32,000 bases of DNA from Candidatus Saccharimonadota bacterium (GCA_022843095.1 JALHOH010000001.1:570001-602000); one strand, 5' to 3'. Counted from the first letter of the stretch, positions 14,912 to 24,135 are shown. The notes: generated from the letters alone by a model not told the origin. Numbers and translations are program-made.

Positions 14912-16417
14912 ATGTCTCACGGACACGCCGTTGCCAGAAACGCCGCTTGGCTCATGCTTGCCCAGACCGGGCAAAAACTCATTTCGTTCCTGACGTTCAC
15001 CTTTGTGGCGCGTCTTGTGGGTGTCACGGTGACCGGAGATTATTTTTACGCCGTGTCGGTGACCTCTGTATTTGTGGTACTCACGGATTTGGGGTTGACG
15101 CCGGTGGTGATTCGAGAGATGGCTGCGGATGAAGCAAGCGGTCGAGCCGCGCTTGCGCAGGCCATCATCGCCAAGATTTTTCTTATTCCGCTCGCGATTG
15201 CCGCGTCCCTGATTTATACCTACGCCTCCGGAGGATCCACGGAAACGCTGCTCGCCGTCAGTATCGCCTGTTTCGTGATGTCAGCCGATGCGGTCTCGCT
15301 GTTGTGGTATGGCGCGCTTCGCGGCAAACGGGATTTGCGGTTTGAATCCGTGGGGATGTTCGTAGGGCAGCTGTTGACGGCGATCGTCGCGTTTACCGTT
15401 GCGACGGCCTATGTCGATGCTCCGCATACCCAGGTGTACGGGTTGATTTTTGCACTGTTGGTTTCAAGTGTCTGGAATGTGGGATGGAGCATCGGCTGGG
15501 CCAGGGGAAAGGGGATTGCACCCTCTTGGGAAACGGCGCGGTTGACGTGGGGGATGCGACGGTTTTTGCGCGCCGCAACCCCGTTTGCGTTGGCCGGCAT
15601 CTTTGTGAAGATCTACTCGTATGTCGACACCCTGATGTTGAAGCAGTTTCATACGAGTCAGGAGATCGGATGGTACGCTGTGGCTTACAAAGTGACGTAC
15701 GCATTTCAGTTTGTCCCCCTTGCGTTTGTTGCGGCGCTGTATCCGGGGATGAGTGCAGCCTTTGCGCGAAAGGATAAAACGCAACTGCAAGAACTCCTCG
15801 CCGGATCGCTCCGCCTCATGACGATCACGGGCGTGCCGATGGCGGCGCTTATTTCATCCATGGCACCGCGCGTGATTCCCGTGGTGTATGGCGAGGCATT
15901 TTCAGGATCCGTGGTTCCTCTCCAATGGCTGGCATGGGTGCTTGTCCCTATTTTTTGGGATTTTCCGATCGGGTCGTTGTTGAATGCGACACATCGGGCA
16001 GAGCTCAAAACCACGGCGATGGGGATTGCGATGGTCACGAACGTGTTGCTGAACGCGTTGCTTATTCCAACGCTCGGGCCGTTGGGTGCTGCGATCGCTG
16101 GGCTAGGGAGTTTTTGGCTTCTCTTCTTTTTGGGGCTCGGCTTCATCCATCGTGATTTGCCCGGATTTGATTGGGCGGTTTCGTTGTTTGGTCGGGGGAT
16201 CGCGGCGGGCGCAGGGATTTGGCTTGCGGTGACGTATGCAACCCCTCCCATGCCGTTGGTTGCGGCGTTGGTATTTTCGGTGACGGTCGCCCTAGCGGCG
16301 TTGTTTGTCACACGATTACTCACGGTCCAAGACGTCAAACAGGTGTTCCGTTGGCTTGCGCGCCGTCCGGCGCCGGTGGATCCGATCGACGAAACGCTAC
16401 ACTCCAAAAAACCGTGA
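14912..16417 (+). CDS. MOP-superfamily polysaccharide/oligosaccharide flippase (Wzx/MurJ-like)
   Basis: The ATG at 14912 gives MSHGHAVARNAAWLMLAQTGQKLISFLTFTFVARLVG, a typical Polysacc_synt N-terminus. It has about 14 hydrophobic segments. Confidence 0.8.
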   Translation: MSHGHAVARNAAWLMLAQTGQKLISFLTFTFVARLVGVTVTGDYFYAVSVTSVFVVLTDLGLTPVVIREMAADEASGRAALAQAIIAKIFLIPLAIAASLIYTYASGGSTETLLAVSIACFVMSADAVSLLWYGALRGKRDLRFESVGMFVGQLLTAIVAFTVATAYVDAPHTQVYGLIFALLVSSVWNVGWSIGWARGKGIAPSWETARLTWGMRRFLRAATPFALAGIFVKIYSYVDTLMLKQFHTSQEIGWYAVAYKVTYAFQFVPLAFVAALYPGMSAAFARKDKTQLQELLAGSLRLMTITGVPMAALISSMAPRVIPVVYGEAFSGSVVPLQWLAWVLVPIFWDFPIGSLLNATHRAELKTTAMGIAMVTNVLLNALLIPTLGPLGAAIAGLGSFWLLFFLGLGFIHRDLPGFDWAVSLFGRGIAAGAGIWLAVTYATPPMPLVAALVFSVTVALAALFVTRLLTVQDVKQVFRWLARRPAPVDPIDETLHSKKP

Positions 16418-16448
16418 CAATCTCGCGGGTGAACGGTACCCTTCTTGC

Positions 16449-17537
16449 ATGTCACGGCTCGCGCTCGTCACCTTGGATTACCCCCCGGAACGCGGTGGGG
16501 TTGCGCGTTATTTAGGGAATTTAGTGCAGGCGTCGCAGGGCGCGATCGACGTGTTTGTGAACGAAACGCACCAGGCTTCAGGCCCAGGAACGGTCAGACC
16601 GGTTCAGCTTCTGACGACGGGTCGATGGTCCTGGCGTCCGCTTGTCCAGCAGATGAAGCGGTTTGCAACTTCTGACTATCAATTCGTCCTCGTGAGTCAC
16701 GTGCTGCCCGTTGGAACGGCGGCGTGGCTCGCGCGTCTTCGCGGGGGAAAACCTTATGTCGTGTGTGTGCACGGGTTGGATTTGCAGCTCGCGTCCGTGC
16801 AGCGCCGCAAGCGCTGGCTCGCTCGTCAGATTTTGGAAGGGGCGCATACGGTGGTCGCGAATTCTCAATTTACCGCAGGACTTGTGCGCGCGATCGCTCC
16901 GCATGCGAAAACCTTGGTATTGACCCCGGGGATCGAGCGACAGACCTATCCAGAAAAAGGCGCAGCACGTCGATCGTTGCAGATCGCCGATCATGTGTTT
17001 CAGCTGGTCGTGGTGTCGCGTCTTGTGGCGCGCAAAGGGATTGATCGGACGATTGAGGCGCTTCGTTCATTGCCGGAGCATATTCATCTTGCCATTGTGG
17101 GCGATGGAGAAGATCGACGACGATTAGAGCGATTGGTGGATGAATCGGGCGTTGGAAGTCGCGTCCGTTGGGTGCCGGTTGCGACGGATGGAGAGCGGAA
17201 TCAGTGGTACGCCGCGTCCGACGCGTTTGTCATGCCGGTTCGTGAAGAAGGGCGCGATGTCGAGGGATTTGGCATCGTGTATCTTGAAGCGGCTGCCGCA
17301 GGATTGCCGGTCATCGCGGGACGCGCAGGCGGGGCGTCCGAAGCGGTGGTCCATGAGGTCACCGGGCTTTTGGTAGATGGGACGAAGCCCGAACAGATCG
17401 TGTCCGCCGTGCTGACCTTGTTGGAGGCACCGGAGCGGGCACGTCAGATGGGGGATGCGGGGCGTGCGCGTGTGCAGGAGGGGTTTTCATGGACGTCGCG
17501 CTGGGAGGTGTTGCGAGACCGACTTTCGCTTGTATGA
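16449..17537 (+). CDS. GT4-family (GT-B fold) glycosyltransferase
   Basis: The ATG at 16449 gives MSRLALVTLDYPPERGGVARY. It has the C-terminal EX7E region EGFGIVYLEAAAAGLPVIAGRAGGASE. Confidence 0.88.
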   Translation: MSRLALVTLDYPPERGGVARYLGNLVQASQGAIDVFVNETHQASGPGTVRPVQLLTTGRWSWRPLVQQMKRFATSDYQFVLVSHVLPVGTAAWLARLRGGKPYVVCVHGLDLQLASVQRRKRWLARQILEGAHTVVANSQFTAGLVRAIAPHAKTLVLTPGIERQTYPEKGAARRSLQIADHVFQLVVVSRLVARKGIDRTIEALRSLPEHIHLAIVGDGEDRRRLERLVDESGVGSRVRWVPVATDGERNQWYAASDAFVMPVREEGRDVEGFGIVYLEAAAAGLPVIAGRAGGASEAVVHEVTGLLVDGTKPEQIVSAVLTLLEAPERARQMGDAGRARVQEGFSWTSRWEVLRDRLSLV

Positions 17538-19729
17538 CCCCACGCGTTTCGATCATCATTCCGACGTATAACCACGGTCATGAATTGATCGCCTGTTTGC
17601 GTTCCCTTGAGCGACAATCCACTCGAGACTTTGAGGTGATCGTTGTGGATGATGCGTCCACTGACCAAACGGAACGGCTGTTGCACGAGGCCGGCTTTTC
17701 GTTTCCGGTTGGATATCATCGTTTCTCGGAAAATCGGGGAGCGCCGGCCGCACGGAACGAAGGGTTTCGTCGCACGACGGCGCCTTACGTTCTTTTTTTG
17801 GACGCAGACGCCGAATTGGTACCTGATGCGTTGGACACCTGGGTGCAGACGCTCGATGCTCATCCCGAGGCGGCGTTTGCGTATGCCTCTTTTCGTTTCG
17901 GATTCAAGACATTCCGTGGTCGTCCGTTCGACCCCGATGCCCTTCGTGAGAAAAATTACATCCATACAAGCGCGCTTATTCGTCGAAGCGTTCACCCGCA
18001 TTTTGATGAGGCTCTCAAGAAGTTTCAGGATTGGGATCTCTTTTTGACACTAGCTGAAGCCGGTCATCGCGGGATCTGGATCGACCGGGTGCTCTTTACG
18101 CTGAAACCGCGGGATACGGGGATGAGTCGATGGTTGCCCAAAATCATGTTTCAAATCCCCTGGGACATGGTGGGGTATACCCCACACGAGGTGCGTCGAT
18201 ATCGAGTGGCAGAAGAAATCGTTCTGGTAAAACATCGCTTACGTGCGCCGGATGCCACCAAACGCGAACAGGAGGCGCGGCAGGGGGTAAAGCGTTGGTT
18301 TGTTGGTATTCTTGTGGTGGAGCTGGTGTCACGCTGGGTGATTTTTTCTCCGACCGCGAATGCGATTGCAGCGGTTTCGTTTGCCTGCGCGTTGTTCGCT
18401 TTGACCGTGTTTCGACCGAGTGCGGCGCTCGCCGTTTTGCTCACAGAGCTCGTGATCGGATCCAAGGGGGCGCTCTTCAAGATTGGCGGAGATGCAAACA
18501 ATGATGGGGGAATCTCGATCAGAATTTTGTTGTTTTTCGCCTTTTTCTTGGGGTGGTTTGTGCTCGCCGTTCGTGAACGGGCGTGGCAGCACGTCCAAGT
18601 TCGGTTCAGGATGATCGCGCCATACATCGCGCTTGCAGGACTTGTGGGATACGGGCTGGTACGCGGAATTCAGGTTGGAAATGACGCGTTCTTGATGGCG
18701 GATGCAAATGCTTGGGCGTTCTGGGCGTTGGTGATTCCCGTTGTGCATCTGGTCCAACGCGATCGTGAAGAAGTGGCGCGATGGATCACGTCCGCCGTTC
18801 TTGCATCCGTGGTGTGGCTTGGGGTCAAAACGTTGTTTTTGTTGTACTTCTTTGGTCACGGGTTTCTTGCTCAGGCAACGGGGATGTACTTGTGGGTGCG
18901 GCGAACGGGAGTTGGCGAAATCACGCGTGTGGCCGGGAATGCGTTCCGCATTTTCTTCCAGTCCCACATTTTTACCGTCCCTGCGTTGATTGCGGCGTTC
19001 AGTTGGTTTGCGGCAAAAGAAAAGCGTCAGGGATGGGTTGGTGGGATCGTCTCGTTATCGCTTGCGACCGTGCTAATCTCTCTTTCCCGAAGCATGTGGA
19101 TTGGGCTTGCGGGAGGATTTGTTGTCGCAGGAGTCCTCGCGCGTGTGGTAGTTGGTCGTTGGCCCTGGTTTGCGGTCAAGCGGTTTGCGGTGGGAGGCAT
19201 GTTGGCGATAGGGATCATGGGATTTCTGCTCGCCGTCCCGCTCCCGCCGGTTGATCCCTCTTCGCTATTTGGCGTGTTGGGTTCACGCGCAAATACGGGC
19301 GAGGCGGCTGCGGTGAGTCGCTGGAGGTTGCTCGAGGTACTTGTGCAAAAAATCCAGGAAGCACCCGTGCTGGGTCATGGATTTGGGGCAACGGTCACCT
19401 ATGAAAGTAAAGATCCGCGTATTGTTGCAGAAACGGGTGGTCTCTACACAACGCCGGCATTTGAATGGGGATGGCTTGAGCACTGGGTGAAGTTTGGAGC
19501 GCTTGGTATTCCCGTGATGGCGTGGATGTTGATCAGTGTGACGTGGCGCGTGTGGGTCGCCTATCGTGGGACCTGGATCGCGGTTGCCTCCGTGGCCTCT
19601 CTTGCTGCGCTTGCGCTTGTGCATGTGTTTACGCCGTATTTGAACCACCCGCTTGGGATTGTGTATCTGTTGTTTGTGGAGGGGATGATCGCCCACCGAT
19701 CTACAAAACAAGGTGTGCTATACTCGTAA
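17534..19729 (+). CDS. fusion protein: N-terminal GT2 glycosyltransferase plus C-terminal O-antigen ligase/polymerase-like (Wzy_C-type) polytopic domain
   Basis: The ATG at 17534 overlaps the GT4 stop as ATGA. The GT2 motifs are VSIIIPTYNH, VIVVDDASTD and FLDADAE. From about residue 270 there are at least 10 TM helices, with SLSRSMWIGLAGG and GHGFGA...FEWGWLEHWVKFGALGIPV resembling the Wzy_C/WaaL signature. Confidence 0.78.
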   Translation: MTPRVSIIIPTYNHGHELIACLRSLERQSTRDFEVIVVDDASTDQTERLLHEAGFSFPVGYHRFSENRGAPAARNEGFRRTTAPYVLFLDADAELVPDALDTWVQTLDAHPEAAFAYASFRFGFKTFRGRPFDPDALREKNYIHTSALIRRSVHPHFDEALKKFQDWDLFLTLAEAGHRGIWIDRVLFTLKPRDTGMSRWLPKIMFQIPWDMVGYTPHEVRRYRVAEEIVLVKHRLRAPDATKREQEARQGVKRWFVGILVVELVSRWVIFSPTANAIAAVSFACALFALTVFRPSAALAVLLTELVIGSKGALFKIGGDANNDGGISIRILLFFAFFLGWFVLAVRERAWQHVQVRFRMIAPYIALAGLVGYGLVRGIQVGNDAFLMADANAWAFWALVIPVVHLVQRDREEVARWITSAVLASVVWLGVKTLFLLYFFGHGFLAQATGMYLWVRRTGVGEITRVAGNAFRIFFQSHIFTVPALIAAFSWFAAKEKRQGWVGGIVSLSLATVLISLSRSMWIGLAGGFVVAGVLARVVVGRWPWFAVKRFAVGGMLAIGIMGFLLAVPLPPVDPSSLFGVLGSRANTGEAAAVSRWRLLEVLVQKIQEAPVLGHGFGATVTYESKDPRIVAETGGLYTTPAFEWGWLEHWVKFGALGIPVMAWMLISVTWRVWVAYRGTWIAVASVASLAALALVHVFTPYLNHPLGIVYLLFVEGMIAHRSTKQGVLYS

Positions 19730-19730
19730 C

Positions 19731-20195
19731 ATGCGACGCGTTGTGTTTGTAGCAGCAGGATTGCTGCTCCTTGGTCAGGGGTGCGTGCTTCCTTGGGAGA
19801 CGCAGCCGGAAGTGATTAATGCCTCTGAGGCGACCATTTCGGTTTCCGGGGCGATTCGTCGTACCGGAAAGGTGCCGGCGACCTGCACCTTTCAGCGTGT
19901 GGGCGAGCAGGATCGGATGATTCTGGATACCCGATTTAATGGCTGGCAGATTTTGTCGATTTTGCCAAAACAAAAAGTGGATGACGGAACTGTCGCCGGG
20001 GCAGATGCGGATGTCGGATTTACCGTCGAAGAAGGGACGTTTCGCGCAACAGAAACGCCGATTGCGACCTACGACGTAAAAACGCGGACGTTTCGTTATG
20101 AGGCCCCGATGGCATTGCGAGAAACGGGGGAAGAGTTGCGGTTAACATTGCGGATTACCTGCCAAGATCCCAACCGCCCGACGCGACGACGTTAA
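19731..20195 (+). CDS. small secreted protein or putative lipoprotein (hypothetical)
   Basis: The ATG at 19731 gives MRRVVFVAAGLLLLGQGC, a signal peptide with an imperfect lipobox. It starts 1 nt after the preceding stop. Confidence 0.6.
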   Translation: MRRVVFVAAGLLLLGQGCVLPWETQPEVINASEATISVSGAIRRTGKVPATCTFQRVGEQDRMILDTRFNGWQILSILPKQKVDDGTVAGADADVGFTVEEGTFRATETPIATYDVKTRTFRYEAPMALRETGEELRLTLRITCQDPNRPTRRR

Positions 20196-21115
20196 ATCCA
20201 CGCATTTCCACGAAGGAACGCCGCCCCATCCATGGGCGGTTTTCCGTCCGGTTGAACGCGGTCAAGGACAAGTGCCTGTCCATCACCGCAAAGGATGGCC
20301 GGAAGTCCGTCGACGATGACGTGCGTTCCCGCGGTTCCTGTGGAAGAGGGCTTTGCGACATGGGCAACAAGGACCTTGAGTCGCTTCTTGTCGGTCAATG
20401 TAAAAAATGTCCCAGGCCAGGGGGAATAGGCGCGGATCTTCCGGGCGAGCGTGAGAGCGGGGAGGGTCACGTCCAGCGCCCCATGTTCGCGTGTAAGCAA
20501 GGTCGTGTGTGTCGCCGCGTCGTGATCCTGGGGGATGGGGATACGCGTTCCCGCGACATACTCCGCCAACTGATCGGGGAGGATGGAGGCGCCGCGTTCG
20601 GCCAAGCGATCATGCAATGACTCCGCGGTGTCGTCTGGAAAAATCGGCTCGATCGCAGAGCCAAGTAGGGGGCCATGGTCGAGCGCCGCATCTACGACCA
20701 TCGTTGTTACGCCTGTTTCCGTGTCTCCCGCAGCAATGGCGGCAGAAATTGGGGAGGCGCCACGGTATTTTGGAAGCAGTGATCCATGGACGTTTACGAC
20801 GCCATGGGGAAACAGATCGAGCAGCGATTGCGGCAGGATCTGTCCAAAACTCACGACGACACCTACGTCGGCGTTCCAGGCGCGCATCTGATCCAGGGCT
20901 TCCTGGGACTTCACGCGTTCCCATTGAAAGACGGGGAGTCCATGTTCCAACGCCGCCGTTTTGACGGGTGGTGGCGTGATGGTGGCGTGGCGTCCGACCG
21001 GTCGGTCGGGTTGTGTCACGACAGCGAGGATCTGAAAACGCGGATCACGAGCAAGGGCCTGTAGGGAGGGAACGGCAAACGAAGAGGTTCCAAAAAACAC
21101 GACGGTGATGGGCAT
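20192..21115 (-). CDS. fmt: methionyl-tRNA formyltransferase
   Basis: It has VVFFGTSSFAVPSL, VVTQPDRP and NVHGSLLPKYRGASPI. Confidence 0.95.
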   Translation of the reverse strand: MPITVVFFGTSSFAVPSLQALARDPRFQILAVVTQPDRPVGRHATITPPPVKTAALEHGLPVFQWERVKSQEALDQMRAWNADVGVVVSFGQILPQSLLDLFPHGVVNVHGSLLPKYRGASPISAAIAAGDTETGVTTMVVDAALDHGPLLGSAIEPIFPDDTAESLHDRLAERGASILPDQLAEYVAGTRIPIPQDHDAATHTTLLTREHGALDVTLPALTLARKIRAYSPWPGTFFTLTDKKRLKVLVAHVAKPSSTGTAGTHVIVDGLPAILCGDGQALVLDRVQPDGKPPMDGAAFLRGNAWI

Positions 21116-21121
21116 ATCAGG

Positions 21122-21607
21122 CTAGATATGTTTCCCACCGGTCGTGTGGATATCGCGGGCTTTATCGATAAACAGAACGCCATCCAGGTGATCGATCTCG
21201 TGTTGGAAGATGATGGCGGTAAACTGTTTTGCCTCGAACTCCATCGTACGGCCATGGCGATTCATAGCGCGAATCGTCACCTTTTTGTGGCGCTTCACGA
21301 TGCCGTACTTCCCAGGAACGCTGAGGCACCCCTCTTCGGAATCTACTAGCTGTTCGCTTTTTTTCAGGATTTCAGGATTGATAAAGCACTCCGCGCCTTG
21401 TGGCATGTTCACGACGATCGCGCGGATATTCTGCCCCACCTGCGGAGAGGCGATGCCAACGCCATCTTTCTCAAACATGGTGACGATCAGGCGATCCAAA
21501 TAGGCCTGAAATTCCGGGGTTGTGACCTCGTCCACGCGCAATTCCCGCGAACGTTCGCGGAGAGAGGGGGTCGGTTCGGTGACGACGGAAAATGGGGTCA
21601 GTGCCAT
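21122..21607 (-). CDS. def: peptide deformylase
   Basis: All three motifs are present: GVGIASPQVG, EGCLSVPG and QHEIDHLDG. Confidence 0.96.
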   Translation of the reverse strand: MALTPFSVVTEPTPSLRERSRELRVDEVTTPEFQAYLDRLIVTMFEKDGVGIASPQVGQNIRAIVVNMPQGAECFINPEILKKSEQLVDSEEGCLSVPGKYGIVKRHKKVTIRAMNRHGRTMEFEAKQFTAIIFQHEIDHLDGVLFIDKARDIHTTGGKHI

Positions 21608-21627
21608 ACAGCAAGAAGATGGATAAT

Positions 21628-23340
21628 TTAGCGCAAAAATGCGATTGGGTCAAGGTCAAGGAGCGCGTGTTGCGCAAGTGGCGTAAGCGTCTGGATCAGG
21701 GTCGATTCCGGGGTTTCTGGGGCAAATACCAGATGGACGACGACGCGTTTTGCGGCGCCCTTCGATTGAAATTGTGCGGGAAACGGGCCGCGAAGTTCAA
21801 GGGGTGGGATCCCCGCGGTACGGCAGGCAGATTGTGCGGATTGAAGCCAGGTGGTTGCCTCTGCTGATCCGCCAGGGAGGAGCGCTTTTACCAATCGAAC
21901 GCTGGGGGGATAGTGAAACATGCGACGCTCTGCCCGTTCTTTTTGGCGGAACGCCGCGTATCCTGCTTCCGTGAGCCAGTGTGACCAGGAAAGGGTATCT
22001 TCTTCATGCGTCTGAAGCAGAAGCGTGCCGGAGGCGGCATGAACACGAGCGGCGAGTCTGCGGAAAGAAATCACCCGCCGTTCTTCGCGTTTCACATCTT
22101 CCGCAACGCCGCCTAACAACGATCCGTCCGTCACCGCAACGCATGCGTGCGCAGGGAGCGGTTCATCCATCGCTTCATTTGTCAGATCACGCCACTGGAC
22201 GGGGACATCTGAGAGGTGTTTGTTCCAGGCGAGTTTCAATTTTTCGATGCCCGGCAACGCTTTTCCAAGATCCGGTCCATCGCAGGAAGGGCAGGAGAAC
22301 GGCATCGGTGCGACGGTCGAGCAACGTCGACAGCGCAGGGTGTCGACGTCCTGCGCAAGTCCAAAGCCACAAGAGGGGCACGTTGCACGCCATCCGCATT
22401 CGCGACACACGACGCGTGCCGCAACGCCACGGATCGGATGAATGATCACTCGTGGTCCAGGATGCGCAAGTAACGCATTCAGGGTATCTGCCTGCACCAT
22501 TGGGATCACGCTTTTCCCGGCCGGGTGTCGCACATGAACGTGAAGATCGCAGGTGATATCCGGCGCGGGTTCTTCTCGATGGAGAGGCGGCGTACGTCCA
22601 AACGCCTCGATGGCCGTGCCGGCATGGATCGATGCGGTGAGGGCGATTTTTCGCGCATCGTAGCGGGGCGCTTGATCATCTTGTTTCAGATCATCGTTCT
22701 CCGGTTCATCTAAAAACACATGGGATGCGCACGGGGCGAGCCAGGCTCCGACCCGTGTCGTGAGCAGGATTCCCTTCGGCTCCGCAAGCCATTGGCTCCA
22801 CGCAGAAAACGCTTCACCCATGGCAAGTTCGCTGGTCAGTGTCGCGGCAGTTGGGAGTAATGCATGATAGCGCTTGACTCGTGCGATCCACGGAACGATG
22901 ACAAGCAGTCGTCCTGTTGCGGTGGTTGCGGCCTGAAGCAGACGCTCTTCCGGGTTTGCGTCCCAGTGCGCGTGAATGGATCCCGGGATCGGGTGGGGTG
23001 GGTAGACGGGGGGGATGGCGTGCGGGCGTTTTGGTAGTGTGCGAAACCAGGCGTGGAGGACGGTGGGTTTCGAGCAAAACGTTCGTGCCGCCGTTTCTTC
23101 GCACACACGCAGGAGTCCTGGCGGAAATGACAGGTCAGCGTAACGTCCTAGGATGCTTGCGGCACGCGACGCGAATGCGCTTTCGGTCAAAATGGTTTCC
23201 ACGATCCCGACGACCTCTTGTCGCCGAAACGGAATGCGCACCACATCTCCCGGATGGAGAACCAGCTGTTCCGGAATACGATAATCAAACCCGTTCACGT
23301 GAATGGGCGTGCGTAAAAAGGGGAGGACGCGGGCAAACAT
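21628..23340 (-). CDS. priA: primosomal protein N' (PriA) homolog with degenerate helicase motifs
   Basis: It has an N-terminal 3'-DNA-binding-like region (GDVVRIPFRRQEVVGIV). It also has the PriA backbone PRYDARKIAL and the Cys-rich zinc region CRECGWRATCPSCG...CRRC...CPSCDG. It sits in the canonical priA-def-fmt position. There is no GxGKT at the expected place, motif II reads DEPE, and motif VI reads AARVHAAS. Confidence 0.8.
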   Translation of the reverse strand: MFARVLPFLRTPIHVNGFDYRIPEQLVLHPGDVVRIPFRRQEVVGIVETILTESAFASRAASILGRYADLSFPPGLLRVCEETAARTFCSKPTVLHAWFRTLPKRPHAIPPVYPPHPIPGSIHAHWDANPEERLLQAATTATGRLLVIVPWIARVKRYHALLPTAATLTSELAMGEAFSAWSQWLAEPKGILLTTRVGAWLAPCASHVFLDEPENDDLKQDDQAPRYDARKIALTASIHAGTAIEAFGRTPPLHREEPAPDITCDLHVHVRHPAGKSVIPMVQADTLNALLAHPGPRVIIHPIRGVAARVVCRECGWRATCPSCGFGLAQDVDTLRCRRCSTVAPMPFSCPSCDGPDLGKALPGIEKLKLAWNKHLSDVPVQWRDLTNEAMDEPLPAHACVAVTDGSLLGGVAEDVKREERRVISFRRLAARVHAASGTLLLQTHEEDTLSWSHWLTEAGYAAFRQKERAERRMFHYPPSVRLVKALLPGGSAEATTWLQSAQSACRTAGIPPLELRGPFPAQFQSKGAAKRVVVHLVFAPETPESTLIQTLTPLAQHALLDLDPIAFLR

Positions 23341-23343
23341 GCC

Positions 23344-24135
23344 TTACGCCAGCTGGAATTGCGCGGTCAGGAGTCCGACGCCAAACGGGGCCTCGTAGCA
23401 GCGTTCCAGCATGACGCCGTTCATTTCATGGAGCGCGCCGAAGAATTGCAAGAGCGTTTTTTGTGCGCACTGTCCCGCTTTTTCAGCCGTTTGTGGATCG
23501 AGGGCAAGCAGCGGGGCAGGATCGCGAGCCACCACGGCCTTGCGTACCATCGCATCAAATTGCTGTCCTTCTGGATTTGCGCCTTGTGGAGACTCTGCGT
23601 TGACGTGGTGAGACAGGTCGACGGAGGCAATCACCGCAATACGCGATTGTTCCGCATGGAGTACGCGTTTGAGTTCTTGGCCGTAGCCATAATGGGCGCG
23701 TGCATCCAGTAATGAGGTGGCCAGCGGGACAAGTTTCCAGTGCTGCAATTGCGGAGTAAGGAGCAACAGCGGAACGGTAAAGCCGTAATCCAGCTCGGCG
23801 GAGCTTGTCATCGTGAACGGGATTTGTTCTTCCCGCATGTGGCGATGGATGTGATCAAGGAGCAGGAAGTCGGCTTTGGCCGGAATCGCCGTTCCATGGT
23901 CGCCAAATTCTTTCATGACCGCCACATATTTATCCGAGACATTGCCGCTAAAGGCATCGGGATACATCTGCGCGTGCGGAGAAAAAATCACCAAGGTATC
24001 CGGCTTTGCTAAATACAGCTGCTCCTCCATCTCTCGATAGGCTTTCAGCGTCAGTTCCAGTTTTTCGCGGTGTTCTTTGCCAACGCTCGGAACCAGAAGC
24101 GGAGAATGGGGGACGATACCCGCGTATACGATCAT
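23344..24135 (-). CDS. class III extradiol dioxygenase-like (LigB/Memo/AmmeMemoRadiSam-B-like) family protein
   Basis: The ATG at 24135 gives MIVYAGIVPHSPLLVP, and LDYGFTVPL and VDLSHH are present. The track's 46-codon Arg/Pro-rich N-terminal extension overlaps the upstream gene, so I rejected it. Confidence 0.7.
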   Translation of the reverse strand: MIVYAGIVPHSPLLVPSVGKEHREKLELTLKAYREMEEQLYLAKPDTLVIFSPHAQMYPDAFSGNVSDKYVAVMKEFGDHGTAIPAKADFLLLDHIHRHMREEQIPFTMTSSAELDYGFTVPLLLLTPQLQHWKLVPLATSLLDARAHYGYGQELKRVLHAEQSRIAVIASVDLSHHVNAESPQGANPEGQQFDAMVRKAVVARDPAPLLALDPQTAEKAGQCAQKTLLQFFGALHEMNGVMLERCYEAPFGVGLLTAQFQLA

